From Octopus sinensis (lineage: Eukaryota), in NCBI RefSeq assembly GCF_006345805.1, contig NC_042998.1, positions 161,448,001-161,512,000 of the forward strand: DNA of 64,000 nt, given 5' to 3'. The first letter of the stretch is position 1; each line of letters begins with the position of its first letter. Below are positions 1 through 10,380 of the stretch, piece by piece. A program made the position numbers and the translations under genes. Below the pieces are notes generated by a model, which searched no databases, was not told where the DNA came from, and saw only the letters and a program-made list of their open reading frames with translations.

Positions 1-234
1 GAGAAAAGGTACTTGATATTATAGTAGAATATAATAATTTATCTCAGTTGATTTAGTCTGTCACACTGGAGTAATGCACAGCCAATCCCTCAGACAATTT
101 TGTTTCTTTTTTTTGTTTTACTGTCTGCAAAATTGACTGCATGTCAGAAAAATTCCAAAGCAATGGAGTTCTGGATTAGCTGACATAAATTACACACACA
201 CACATATTTGCCTCTGTGTGTGTGTGTGTCTGCA

Positions 235-279
<45 letters not shown>

Positions 280-1641
280 ATATATATATATCCGTACACC
301 AAAAACAGACATTTGATGATGATATATAATATATGTAAGTATACATATGTATTATATATATATATAATATATAGAATATATGTATACATATATACATATA
401 TTTTATATATAACTATAATATATAAAATATTATATGTTCATTTATATAGACTCATACACACATGTACATATAAATATTATATGCATATATATGTATATAT
501 ATATGTAAATGTATATATAATGTATATATATATATACAAACACACACACATCCATATATAAATGCTAAATGATTCATATATAGATTTATAATAAAACATG
601 TTGGGTTGTGTTACCTGTATTTATATCACCAGTGAGATATAAAAAAATTTAACTACTGATTTTATGTGATGTGCAAATTTATTTGCAAATACGTATGTTT
701 GGAACGTGAATTACAGGAATTTTTTGACAAAAAAGATCGCTGCAATATAAACATTCATATTTTTGCCTATTTGTTTTTCTCCCAGTTTGAGCTATAAGCA
801 ATTATTGTAGCTACTTCCACATCTTATCTTTCAGTTAAATATATTTTCAAGAATGTTCCTAGAATGTTTTTCCTTTGGTACTTCTTAAAAAAAAAACCTC
901 AGCATTGCTGTGATATCAATGATTGTTTATTAGTCTGTTTGTCAGTTTATTAGATCGGATTGTCTACTGTTAATGGACTCAAGATTTCTATATTCTCTGA
1001 TTTTTGTCCCTGTTTCTGATTCACTGTGAAATGTGAGTTAGCTAGAGCTTCAGAGTTAAGAAGAAAAACATATATACATATATCACATGGAGTTTCTGTC
1101 ATTTTATGTGCAGTTGAAATGGCTAAGCACTACTTTATACATTAGTGCATTTGATTTAAACACCCTTGTTAGTTTTAGAATAAATAATCACATATATGTA
1201 CAGATATAAGGATAAAAAATATTATGTTGGAAGACGTAAAAAAAAATAATGAAAGAAAATGGTAACTACTGGTGCTATTTATGGCAACTTTTTTCTGTTT
1301 TCTTAATTCAGAAGAGAATTATAAAGAATATGTTGTAAGCTGAAATAACTCATGGATTCATTTAAGCCACTCTTGAATTCTTGTATATGTGTGTGTGCGT
1401 GTGTGTGTGAATGCATATATATTAGCTTATCTGAGTGTATTTGTGCATGAGTGTAAGTGCATGCATTCAGGTGTGTGAGTAGAGAATATAAAGGTTGATG
1501 ACTATGTCTAGATACATGTGAGAAATAAAGAACAACAACTCAACTAAATAAAATATTTTCCATATTTTCTTTCTACTTCAAACTGTCTTCTCTATAGAGG
1601 GAATAAGTTAGATAAATATACTGATAGTTACTCACATATGC

Positions 1642-1671
<30 letters not shown>

Positions 1672-1672
<1 letters not shown>

Positions 1673-2004
1673 AAGGGGGTGCTGAAAGTTCCTGGCTTTT
1701 GGTATAAGAAAATACAGGAGGATCAGTTAATTATTAAGTTGAGGAAAATGTTTGTGTGCTGTATTAAGCATTATTTTAACATAGCATTACTTTTAAAATA
1801 ATGCTGTGTTAAAATAATGCTTAATATGGTGCACAAACTTTCCCCACAAACTAATAAGATTTTATTCGACATATTTCCCTTTCAGATGCATACACTTATT
1901 GCAGCAGTACTTCATTTTTTTCTAAGACCTGTAAAAGAACTTGGAAGGTTGGGCCTCCAGGCCTTTCACAATATCTTTAAAGCTAGAAATTTTCTGCACC
2001 CTTG
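1672..2004. mobile_element. Tc1/mariner-type MITE
   Basis: Imperfect TIRs CAAGGGGGTGCTGAAAGTTCCTGGCTTT / AAAGCTAGAAATTTTCTGCACCCTTG, followed by TA on the right; no ORF. Confidence 0.7.
1731..1857. repeat. Fold-back palindromic insert inside the mariner MITE
   Basis: Near-perfect hairpin 1762-1826 (TATTAAGCATTATTTTAACATAGCATTA...TAATGCTGTGTTAAAATAATGCTTAATA) with imperfect outer arms. Confidence 0.7.
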
Positions 2005-2279
2005 TATATATATATAAAATTATAATTTAGGGTATCTAAGAGATACCACCATGCTGGAAATAGCAGTCAAAACTTGACTCTAAAACTACATTAAATGTTA
2101 ATACAGCACCAGGAGTGAAGACAAAATGACAAAATAAACTAGCAAAAAAAATTTTCTTTGGTACTTCTTAAAAAAGAACCAAATCCTTATTTATATATGT
2201 AGTAAGTAGAAAAATTTCTTTTATGCTGAAATGGTTTAATGATTTATGGAAAGGAAAGTCATGATTTATCAACTGTTTA

Positions 2280-2550
2280 TCTCCTTGTAATGTTCTATCC
2301 ATCTCTTTCTCTGCCTCCTATTACTAATGGTGCCATTGGGGTAGACTCCTTGTGCCCCTCTTTCATAGGGTCCAATCAAAAGCAACTGTTATTAAACTTT
2401 ACAACTGGATTCCCAAACATGACCAAGTGAGATTTATTGTCCAGTCATCTCCTTCTTGGTCCACCTCTAGGGACTTGTTGACAGTTGGCTTGGCTTGAAG
2501 AATTCATCTTGTGATTCTTTCCTGTAACATTCTAATCCCATGTCCATGTA
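2280..2550 (-). mobile_element. Degenerate RTE-like LINE C-terminal relic
   Basis: Minus strand reads roughly HGHGIRM..ERI...ILQAKP...RGGPRRR*LD, resembling the RTE WxGHvxR...RGRPrxrW motif. Confidence 0.4.
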
Positions 2551-2564
2551 AAATACACTCAGTC

Positions 2565-2725
2565 CACTCTGTGGGGTGGATAGTGTTAAGAAGGGTATTC
2601 AGCCACAAAAACCATGCCAAAACAGACACAGAAATCTGCAGTCTTCTCCCTAGTCAGCTTCTGTCAAACCGTCCAACCCATACCAGCACGGAAACCAGAT
2701 GTTAAACGATAACAATGATGATGAT
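2565..2725 (+). mobile_element. RTE LINE 3' end fragment
   Basis: Matches the 3' UTR of the 10381-12051 element (AAGGGcATcCAGC...CCGTCCAACCCAT...GTTAAACGAT) with (ATG)n tail. Confidence 0.65.
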
Positions 2726-2950
2726 AAGGTATGCAAATCTAACAGGCTTCAAAAGACATTTTAAGAGCCACAAAAATTAGAATTTAACTGCTGTTCTTGG
2801 CCATCCAAATCAGTTATGCAATCTATGCGGGTGTCTTTTCAATACATTGGTTTAAAAGCCACATCAGGTACCGTGATGGATCTAAGGTGTAAGTACAAGA
2901 GGTGGTCAGACTCTGCATAAGGAGTAGACAACCACCACACACACACACAC

Positions 2951-3012
<62 letters not shown>

Positions 3013-4212
3013 AGAAAACTAGGACAGGAATACCAAAAGAAGACATGGGGAGAAGTGGAGGAAGCTGATATATCTTTATTGCCATCTTTAAGCTGATTCA
3101 ACCTGATACAATGTATGATAAAGCTGGCTTTCTGAAACATGGACATCTGATTGGCTTCCATGTGTTCTTTTGTCTTTCTAAATTCACTGAAAAGGCTTTT
3201 GGGAACCCATGGCTCTTGAAGAAGACACTAGCATGAAGTGCTGTGCAAAGGAATTGAAACCCTTTGGAATCATGCAAATCCAACTTGTTAGTCACTCATC
3301 TGCCTGCATCATGCACCTGAACATGTCCAAACGCTTACACAAACACAAACACACACATGCATGCGTGCACATTTTCATACAAAAGTGAAAATAGCCAAGA
3401 CATTAGAGTGTTAGACTAAATGCATTGCAGTATATATTCTGGCTTCTTGCATCATGGTGCAATTTTGTGGAGTTTATCTTCTAATAGATTTATCAATAAA
3501 GTGTTTCTTTAGGAAGGTGCACTGATGGAAATGCTAACACATCAGACGAAATGCTTTGCAATATTTGTTCTGGTCCTTTGAATTCTGAATTCAAATTCCA
3601 TTGTGGCCAGCTGTCCCACTTGGATTGTAGACTTAGTCCATTATCTAGTTCAACATCATTACCTGGCATTCTGTATACTGTTAGTGGGGTTCACCCTGTT
3701 GTAAGCAATCAGGACAAGACTCCAGTTTGAGGATACCTTACTCCTTTCTCTCCCTCTCTATCTGTCTATCTATCTATTAATTTCAGGGGTCTTGTAAAAG
3801 GCTATGGGTGATGTCCCTCCTTCCTGACTAAAAATTAAGCACACACGCACACAAACCCCCCCCCACACATACACAAACACCCACACACACACACACACAG
3901 AGTCTTACACAAGGAAAGTTCAAAGAAAACTAGACATAACACTTTTGTAACCATATATCTGTCGTTTCAATTAATTTTGAAAACTACTAGGAATTTAGTA
4001 AAATTACTTATCATTAAGGTGATGCTTCAAATATTAATTAGCATGAAAATTTGATGGAAGATATTAATTTACATCAATCTAAACTATATATATTCACTTG
4101 TTTATGCACACACAAACACACACATACATACACACACACATATGTATATTATATATGAATATAATGTTTACATACATACATATGCATACATACATATGTG
4201 TATATATATATA

Positions 4213-4426
4213 CTCTTACTCTTTACTCTTTTACTTGTTTCAGTCATTTGACTGTGGCCATGCTGGAGCACCACCTTTAGTCAAGCAAATCAACCCCGGA
4301 ACTTATTCTTTGTAAGCCCAGTACTTATTCTATTGGTCTCTTTTGCCGAACCGCTAAGTGACGGGGACGTAAACACACCAGCATCGGTTGTCAGGCAATG
4401 CTAGGGGGACAAACACAGACACACAA

Positions 4427-4463
<37 letters not shown>

Positions 4464-4635
4464 CATATATACGACAGGCTTCTTTCAGTTTCCGTCTACC
4501 AAATCCACTCACAAGGCATTGGTCGGCCTGGGGCTATAGCAGAAGACACTTGCCCAAGATGCCACGCAGTGGGACTGAACTCGGAACCATGTGGTTGGTT
4601 AGCAAGCTACTTACCACACAGCCACTCCTGCGCCT
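4213..4635 (-). mobile_element. tRNA-derived SINE, family A, full length
   Basis: Pol III A box TGGCTGTGTGG and B box GAGTTCAGTCCC, internal (TA/CA)n spacer, 3' end CTGAAACAAGTAAAAGA; many copies in this window. Confidence 0.9.
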
Positions 4636-4660
4636 ATATATATATATAATATATATATAT

Positions 4661-4840
4661 AGGGAGAGTTCATGAAAAAACAAAAGACGAAGACAGGTGG
4701 TGTAGAAAATAAAGAGATGTATTAGTATAACGCTCAGGAATTGAAAAAGTCTTTTACGTTTCGAGCCTATGCTCTTCTGCAGAAAGGGACACAGAAAAAA
4801 ACAAGGAGAGAAAAAAATGTGTGTAGTGGCTACCAATCTA
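4661..4840 (-). mobile_element. Small TA-inserted element with a variant minimal hammerhead-like motif (4751-4786)
   Basis: CTTT-CTGCAGAA-GAGC ATAG GCTC-GAAAC-GTA-AAAG; homologous copy at 8060-8220 (+) and a 3' fragment at ~26448-26491. Confidence 0.6.
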
Positions 4841-4842
4841 AG

Positions 4843-5180
4843 ACAGGCATGGCTGTGTGGTAAGAAGCTTGTTTCCCAACCACATGGTTCCGGGTTCAGT
4901 CCCACAGTGTGGTATCTTGAGCAAGTTTCTTCTACTATAGCTTTGGGTCGACCAAAACCTTGTGAGTAGATTTGGTAGACGGAAACTGAAAGAAGCCCAT
5001 CGTATATATATATATATATTTATGGTCCTGTAACTTAACGGCTTGGCAAAAGAGACCAATAGAATAAGTACGAGACTTACAAATAATAAGTCCTGGGGTT
5101 AATTTCTCCGACTAAAACCTTTAAGGCAATGCTCCAGCATGGCCGCAGGCAAATGACTGAAACAAGTAAACAGATAAAAG
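4843..5180 (+). mobile_element. tRNA-derived SINE, family A, internally deleted
   Basis: Same head and tail as 4213-4635. Confidence 0.85.
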
Positions 5181-5196
5181 AAATATATATATATAT

Positions 5197-5471
5197 ATTA
5201 ATTGAAGTGTACTGTATCATATATATCTTTTACGGCTGGTCTAACTGATTGGTTTTGCACTAAGGATTCAATGGAGTATTAGTTAACAGCTTATGTAACC
5301 CTGTGCTCATCAGAGATGGCAGTTATGGAATGGAATGTGGTAACTATTTTCTTGAATAGAGATCAGTGTTACATAATTGGTCTGTTATGTAACAATCCAT
5401 TGAACCCCTAGTGCAAAACTGATTAGTAAGATTGGCCATAATTGATATATAATATTGTACACTTTGATTAA
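5197..5471. mobile_element. Degenerate head-to-head inverted-repeat element (Penelope pLTR-like)
   Basis: Arms ~5197-5316 and ~5350-5471 are reverse complements with many transitions; follows (TA)n. Confidence 0.65.
5240..5316 (-). ncRNA. Decayed type I hammerhead ribozyme
   Basis: TCT-CTGATGA-GCAC...GTGC-AAAAC-CAATCA-GTT-AGA; G12 is lost (CpG-type change); the opposite arm has GTA at the cleavage triplet. Confidence 0.6.
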
Positions 5472-6250
5472 TATTACACACTCTATTGACAAATGTATGA
5501 GTGCATATTCTTTCTAACTTTTGGGTTCTTTAACAGCTATATGTACATGTGGACATATATAATAAAACGAATTGTTTACACCTCGTAACTTACTGGTAAA
5601 GCAAGGTCACTTTCAAAGTGATCGTTATGTATGTGGCAAATGAAAGACAAAAGATGGAATATACAAGAATTTATTATTAATCATGACAATTGTTTCGTCC
5701 CATTTAGCATCGATTCCTCATGGGTGGGACACTCAACAACTGTTTCAGGAGCATCCGGTGGTGCAGATGTCTCTCGTTGAGTGATAAATAAATACAACTC
5801 ATTAAAATAATTTCACAATGTAACTTCCCATTTTGTAGAAAGAAAAGCAGCCAGATGGAGGAAATATCTTCATTTATATAGAAGATCAAAAATAAAATCA
5901 CAAAGAGAGAGAGAGAGAGAGAGAGGTAAATAATTATATAGATATAGATATAAACATCATCATATTGATTTTCTATCTCTTTTTTTTTCTATGATATCAT
6001 GGCCTGGATAAGATTTTGTTTTTCTGTGTAAATACATGGAAGTAAATATTTTTCCAAATAAATTGTGCTTCATGTCTGAAGCTCTGGTGAAGCTATAAAG
6101 TGATACTCAAGCACTCAAATATGAGTCTACTGCACCTTAAAGCAGAGACAGTTGCAAGCTAATGAAATTCATAAGTGTTTATTTCTTTGTCATTCCAATT
6201 CATTATACATATAAATATATTCTAGGAAGTTAAAGTTATGGTTGGTCATA

Positions 6251-6310
6251 GAGTGACCAATGGTTTCATACCTATGAAGCGCTAAGCAGTGTAGGTAACT
6301 CATCAGGCTC
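6251..6310 (-). ncRNA. Near-intact type I hammerhead ribozyme
   Basis: GAGC-CTGATGA-GTTACCTA...TAGGTAT-GAAAC-CATTG-GTC-ACTC; core intact, stem defects consistent with CpG decay. Confidence 0.7.
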
Positions 6311-7188
6311 AAATGGCTAAAGGCTGTATGTATATATATGTGCATGTATAAATAAATATAAATACACACAAACACACTTACACACACATTTACTTATTTA
6401 TATATACATGTATCCAACATGAATAACATAATGAAATGAGCTTATGATGATGTTCTATGTGCTCACTATACTTGTTAGAAATAGCAACCAAATCTCCTTC
6501 AAAATTAGACCTTGGTGAATAATACATTGGATAAAGTAACCCTAGATATGCAATGGCCAAGAGATAGTGGTTGTGCCTGGAATACCATTTGATGATTACA
6601 AGCCTGGGGCCAAACAATAACAGCAACAAACAGATTGTAAAGAAAAAAAATTAGGCAATATAACTTTTGTTGCAACAACATATCTACCGAAATAATGCAT
6701 GTTTTTTTTTTTTACTTTTGTGTGTGTGTATGTGAACTTTCTATTCAAGAATGACTCACAGAATATTTTAACCTCCCTTGTAAATAAGTAAATAAATAAT
6801 GAAAAACTCTCTTGACATGTGTAAAATTTAATGAGCCACCAATAAACTGCTGAAGAGAAACCAGCAACAATTAGTTTTCCTGCTTTTCTTGATTGCTTCC
6901 AGCTGAATAAATGCTTGGCAATTGTGTATTTTTTAATATATTTTATTTTACTTCTTCATGTTTTCCACACGAAGCACTTTTGATAGTAAAATTTGGAGGA
7001 CAGTTTAGTTTCCGACAAGCTTTTGATGTCTCTTCTACGTTGAAACATTTGTCTATTTAGGCATGTTAATTACAAATTGTTTAGTGCTCTGTCAGTCTAA
7101 TTTTATTGATAGTGAAAAATTTAATTTTTCCTTAAATTTGTTTTGCAGCAGAAATGCTGGCAAAATTCATGGAAAGACATGCATGTAA

Positions 7189-7248
<60 letters not shown>

Positions 7249-7446
7249 TATACATACATACATACATATAAACACACACACACTTTTACACACATACATG
7301 TATGTGTTTGTGTGTGCATGTGTGTGTGTGTACATATATTCATTGCATGCATGTATGTGTGAATTAGATGAAAAGTGTGAGAATTGGATGATCTTCAGCA
7401 TTTAGCTTTCAAACTGATTTAAAATGTGGCTAACTACATATTACTC

Positions 7447-7577
<131 letters not shown>

Positions 7578-8059
7578 AGTCTGTCTGTACGTCCATCTAC
7601 CTATTGATCTATCTACCTATTTGATTGACTGTTTCTCAGATTATCATTCTAATTGTTTATCCATCCATTCATTCTTCCATGCACATAAATAAATTATACA
7701 CCACTATTATAGAAGTTAGTAAGCATCTTTACATATTAGTCAAAATTGTTTAGAGCATTGTTGATTGGTTGATTACATACTCAGGTGTATATCCCAGTTA
7801 GTGAGTGATATATCTATTAGCCTAAGGGCTAACTTCAAGTTATGGATCATGAGTCATCCAAACAATAACATAAATTGAGTAATAATGTTGTTCTCTCATT
7901 TCTTCCTGTGTATTTGTAATAGCCTTTTGACACACACACACACACACACACACATACACAAACATATATACATATACATTTATATATGCATATATATATA
8001 AAAACATATATGTATATATTCATGTGTATATATATATATATATATAATATATATATATA

Positions 8060-8220
8060 TACACATATCTTATTTTCTCTCCCTGTTTATTTCTGTGTTC
8101 CTTTCTATCGAAGAGCGTAGGCTCAAAATGTAAAAGACTTTCTCATTTCCTGAACATTAAATACATTTGTTTGTTGTTTACATACCTATCTTTGTCTTTT
8201 GTTTTATTGTAAATTCTCTC
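8060..8220 (+). mobile_element. Second, more degenerate copy of the 4661-4840 element
   Basis: CTTTCTATCGAAGAGCGTAGGCTCAAAATGTAAAAG at 8101-8136 plus a shared 3' tail; flanked by TA-rich tracts. Confidence 0.65.
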
Positions 8221-8336
8221 TATACATACATACGTACATACATACACACACACATATATATATATACTTATGTATATATATATATATATACATATAAGTA
8301 TATATATATATATATACTTATATATATATATATATA

Positions 8337-8675
8337 GAGTTGAGTATAGAAATTCGGGGTGAGTACTTGATAATTATAAGCACCTGTGTATACCAATTGG
8401 TGGTGTAGGTGGTGGAGTAAATTGATCAAAATAAAAACATGATGCCAAGGATTCAGCGGTACATATGTTTCGGGCCTTTATTAGACAGATTTATAACAAT
8501 GCATAATGTATGTCTGTGGCCTTCTTCAGCTTCCTTGTGGAAGCTGTTGTGGAAGCTGTTGTGCGCGGCTGAAGAAGGCCACAGACATACATTATGCATT
8601 GTTATAAATCTGTCTAATAAAGGCCCGAAACATATGTACCGCTGAATCCTTGGCATCATGTTTTTATTTTGATCA

Positions 8676-8680
<5 letters not shown>
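8337..8680. mobile_element. Penelope-like non-autonomous element with perfect 113-bp inverted repeat
   Basis: 8418-8530 is the exact reverse complement of 8568-8680, with a 37-nt spacer; (TA)n on both sides. Confidence 0.85.
8565..8642 (+). ncRNA. Type I hammerhead ribozyme with minimal stem III
   Basis: GCGG-CTGAAGA-aGGCC...GGCCc-GAAAC-ATAT-GTA-CCGC; predicted cleavage after 8638; A.C mismatch at the base of stem II. Confidence 0.8.
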
Positions 8681-8720
<40 letters not shown>

Positions 8721-8761
8721 ATATATATAAGTATATATGTATATATATATATTTATATATA

Positions 8762-9474
8762 GTTATCCGTAATAATGAAGGGTGAAATTAATTAATTTGG
8801 AATAATTATCAATTACACCAAGTAGTCTTCGGCATGTAAAAGCCTCATTCGAGGAAAATTTAAGTAATACTAAGCAATAAAGGGTTTAGCAACGAATTGC
8901 CTTACCACATACCGAATTTAGAAATAGCAGTCAAAGAGTTATAGCTATTTCTTCTACTAAAAAGGGAGATCTCAGTAAAAACAGCAATTGGAAGGCAGAC
9001 ACAAACAGGTAAGAGAGAATGAATTGACGGCAATCTATCATACAATTTTAAGTTATCTACGGACGCACGTTTCGAAATCAAGTTTTTAGGAAAGCATAAG
9101 AATTAAATATTAAATAATTCTACCTTACCCAAACTTCTTTTCTCTTCAGCGTAGAATACTATAATCATAAATGATTATATATTGAATTTTGAGATACTAG
9201 AAGGCACCAACTCAACTCAGTATCAGAGCGAGCTAGAATCCGCAACTAGTATCACCAAATTCAAAGTGTGAATGAAAAGATTGTGTCACCAGCCCCTTCC
9301 CACCCGCGTGTAGCCAAAACAAGATGCTGTGGTCATCTACTGAGATAAAATATGGTTATCCGTAATAATGAAGGGTGAAATTAATTAATTTGGAATAATT
9401 ATCAATTACACCAAGTAGTCTTCGGCATGTAAAAGCCTCATTCGAGGAAAATTTAAGTAATACTAAGCAATAAA
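8762..9474 (-). mobile_element. Retrozyme-like / pLTR-derived non-coding element: 593-bp monomer plus 120-bp terminal redundancy
   Basis: 8762-8881 is identical to 9355-9474; (TA)n flanks; no ORF; contains a canonical HHR. Confidence 0.8.
9056..9155 (-). ncRNA. Canonical type I hammerhead ribozyme
   Basis: TCTACG-CTGAAGA-GAAA[long imperfect hairpin]TTTC-GAAAC-GTGC-GTC-CGTAGA; 6-bp stem I; GUC cleavage predicted between 9062 and 9061. Confidence 0.9.
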
Positions 9475-9689
9475 TATATATACATATATAAGAATGCAGG
9501 CATGCCATGATAGTAGTAGGATGTTAAATGGTCAAGTGACATAAATGTGGCTTGCTGTGGATTATAGCAGTGATTGGGACTGTTTTTTAATGAATTCTTG
9601 GGTATCTCTTGAATGTATCGTTTTTAATATTTGCATGTGTGTTTGTGTTATTCAAAGGCCATGGTGGATATGTCATTTGCTGTAGATGC

Positions 9690-9958
9690 CTTGAAAAGGG
9701 GTCTGATTTTCTAATAAAGAGAGTCTCTTTACTAATTCGTTGGCTACAGGTTGTATTGTCCCTGAATTGGTAGAGGGGAAAAATTCTGAAGCTTGGATTT
9801 TTGTTGTTGGCACAAATGTTGATGAGTTGGCTAAATGCTGTTTTTCTATTTTTGGAATTTTGATCTGGGATCTGTGCAGAGCCATCCTTTGACGTAGACT
9901 GTTTTTTTTTTGGCCTATGTATTGTTCTTGACATCCAGAGCAGGTTAGTGCATAAATG
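9690..9958 (-). pseudogene. GIY-YIG endonuclease fragment of a Penelope-like element (frameshifted)
   Basis: IYALTCSGCQEQYIGQ..NSLRQRMALHRSQIK, then in another frame ...INICANNKNPSFRIFPLYQF...QRISKETLFIRK; shows IY...YIG, RxxxH and the conserved E, with the CxxC spacer typical of PLEs. Confidence 0.8.
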
Positions 9959-10014
9959 TAAGTATGTATGTATGTATGTATGTATGTATGTATGTATGCA
10001 TATATATATATATA

Positions 10015-10379
10015 TCTTATATAAAATCCATTCTGTCTGTGTGTGTGGCTTCTAGGATCTCGGGCATACTCCATCCGACTGCACTCAAATTTGATATGTA
10101 GCTACTGATGGTATCAGGGCATGTACAAGTCTCGAAAAAATTACAAAAATCGATTCCAGGTGAGAATGTGATCGATAAAGCCATGGGAAATCGTTTTTCT
10201 TTGGAATAGAAAAAAGTCTATCTTTATTTCTTCTTTTGCTGGTGTCTCAAATTTAGGTTAAATCAATGTTTCTCATAGGGGAGGCCTATGGGACGGTCAG
10301 ACAGGTTGTTTTGAGAGAATTTGATTTAAATGTTTGACAACCTAGCACCGTCCATTGGACGGGGGGGGGCATTTGCTTG
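10015..10379 (+). mobile_element. Non-autonomous Helitron-like element
   Basis: 5' TC (TCTTATATAAAA..CTGTCTGT), 3' GC-rich hairpin CCGTCCA-T-TGGACGG (10348-10362) and CTTG end (CTRR-like), inserted between A and T. Confidence 0.55.
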
Positions 10380-10380
10380 T

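Noticed and set aside
144-561. Y/I/H/T/C/V-rich ORFs here and throughout (e.g. 26174-26794, 33663-34150, 48306-48805)
   Set aside because: Translations of (TA)n/(CA)n/(TACA)n microsatellites that lack stop codons by composition.
1311-1333. Possible 23-nt plus-strand microexon (EENYKEYV)
   Set aside because: Splice-like signals of this strength are expected by chance in AT-rich DNA; no corroboration.
4560-4635. tRNA-like A/B boxes at SINE heads (many copies)
   Set aside because: These are SINE 5' domains without a complete cloverleaf, so they were not called tRNA genes.
8439-8659. Mirror-image 68-aa ORFs on both strands
   Set aside because: A by-product of the perfect inverted repeat, not evidence of a protein.
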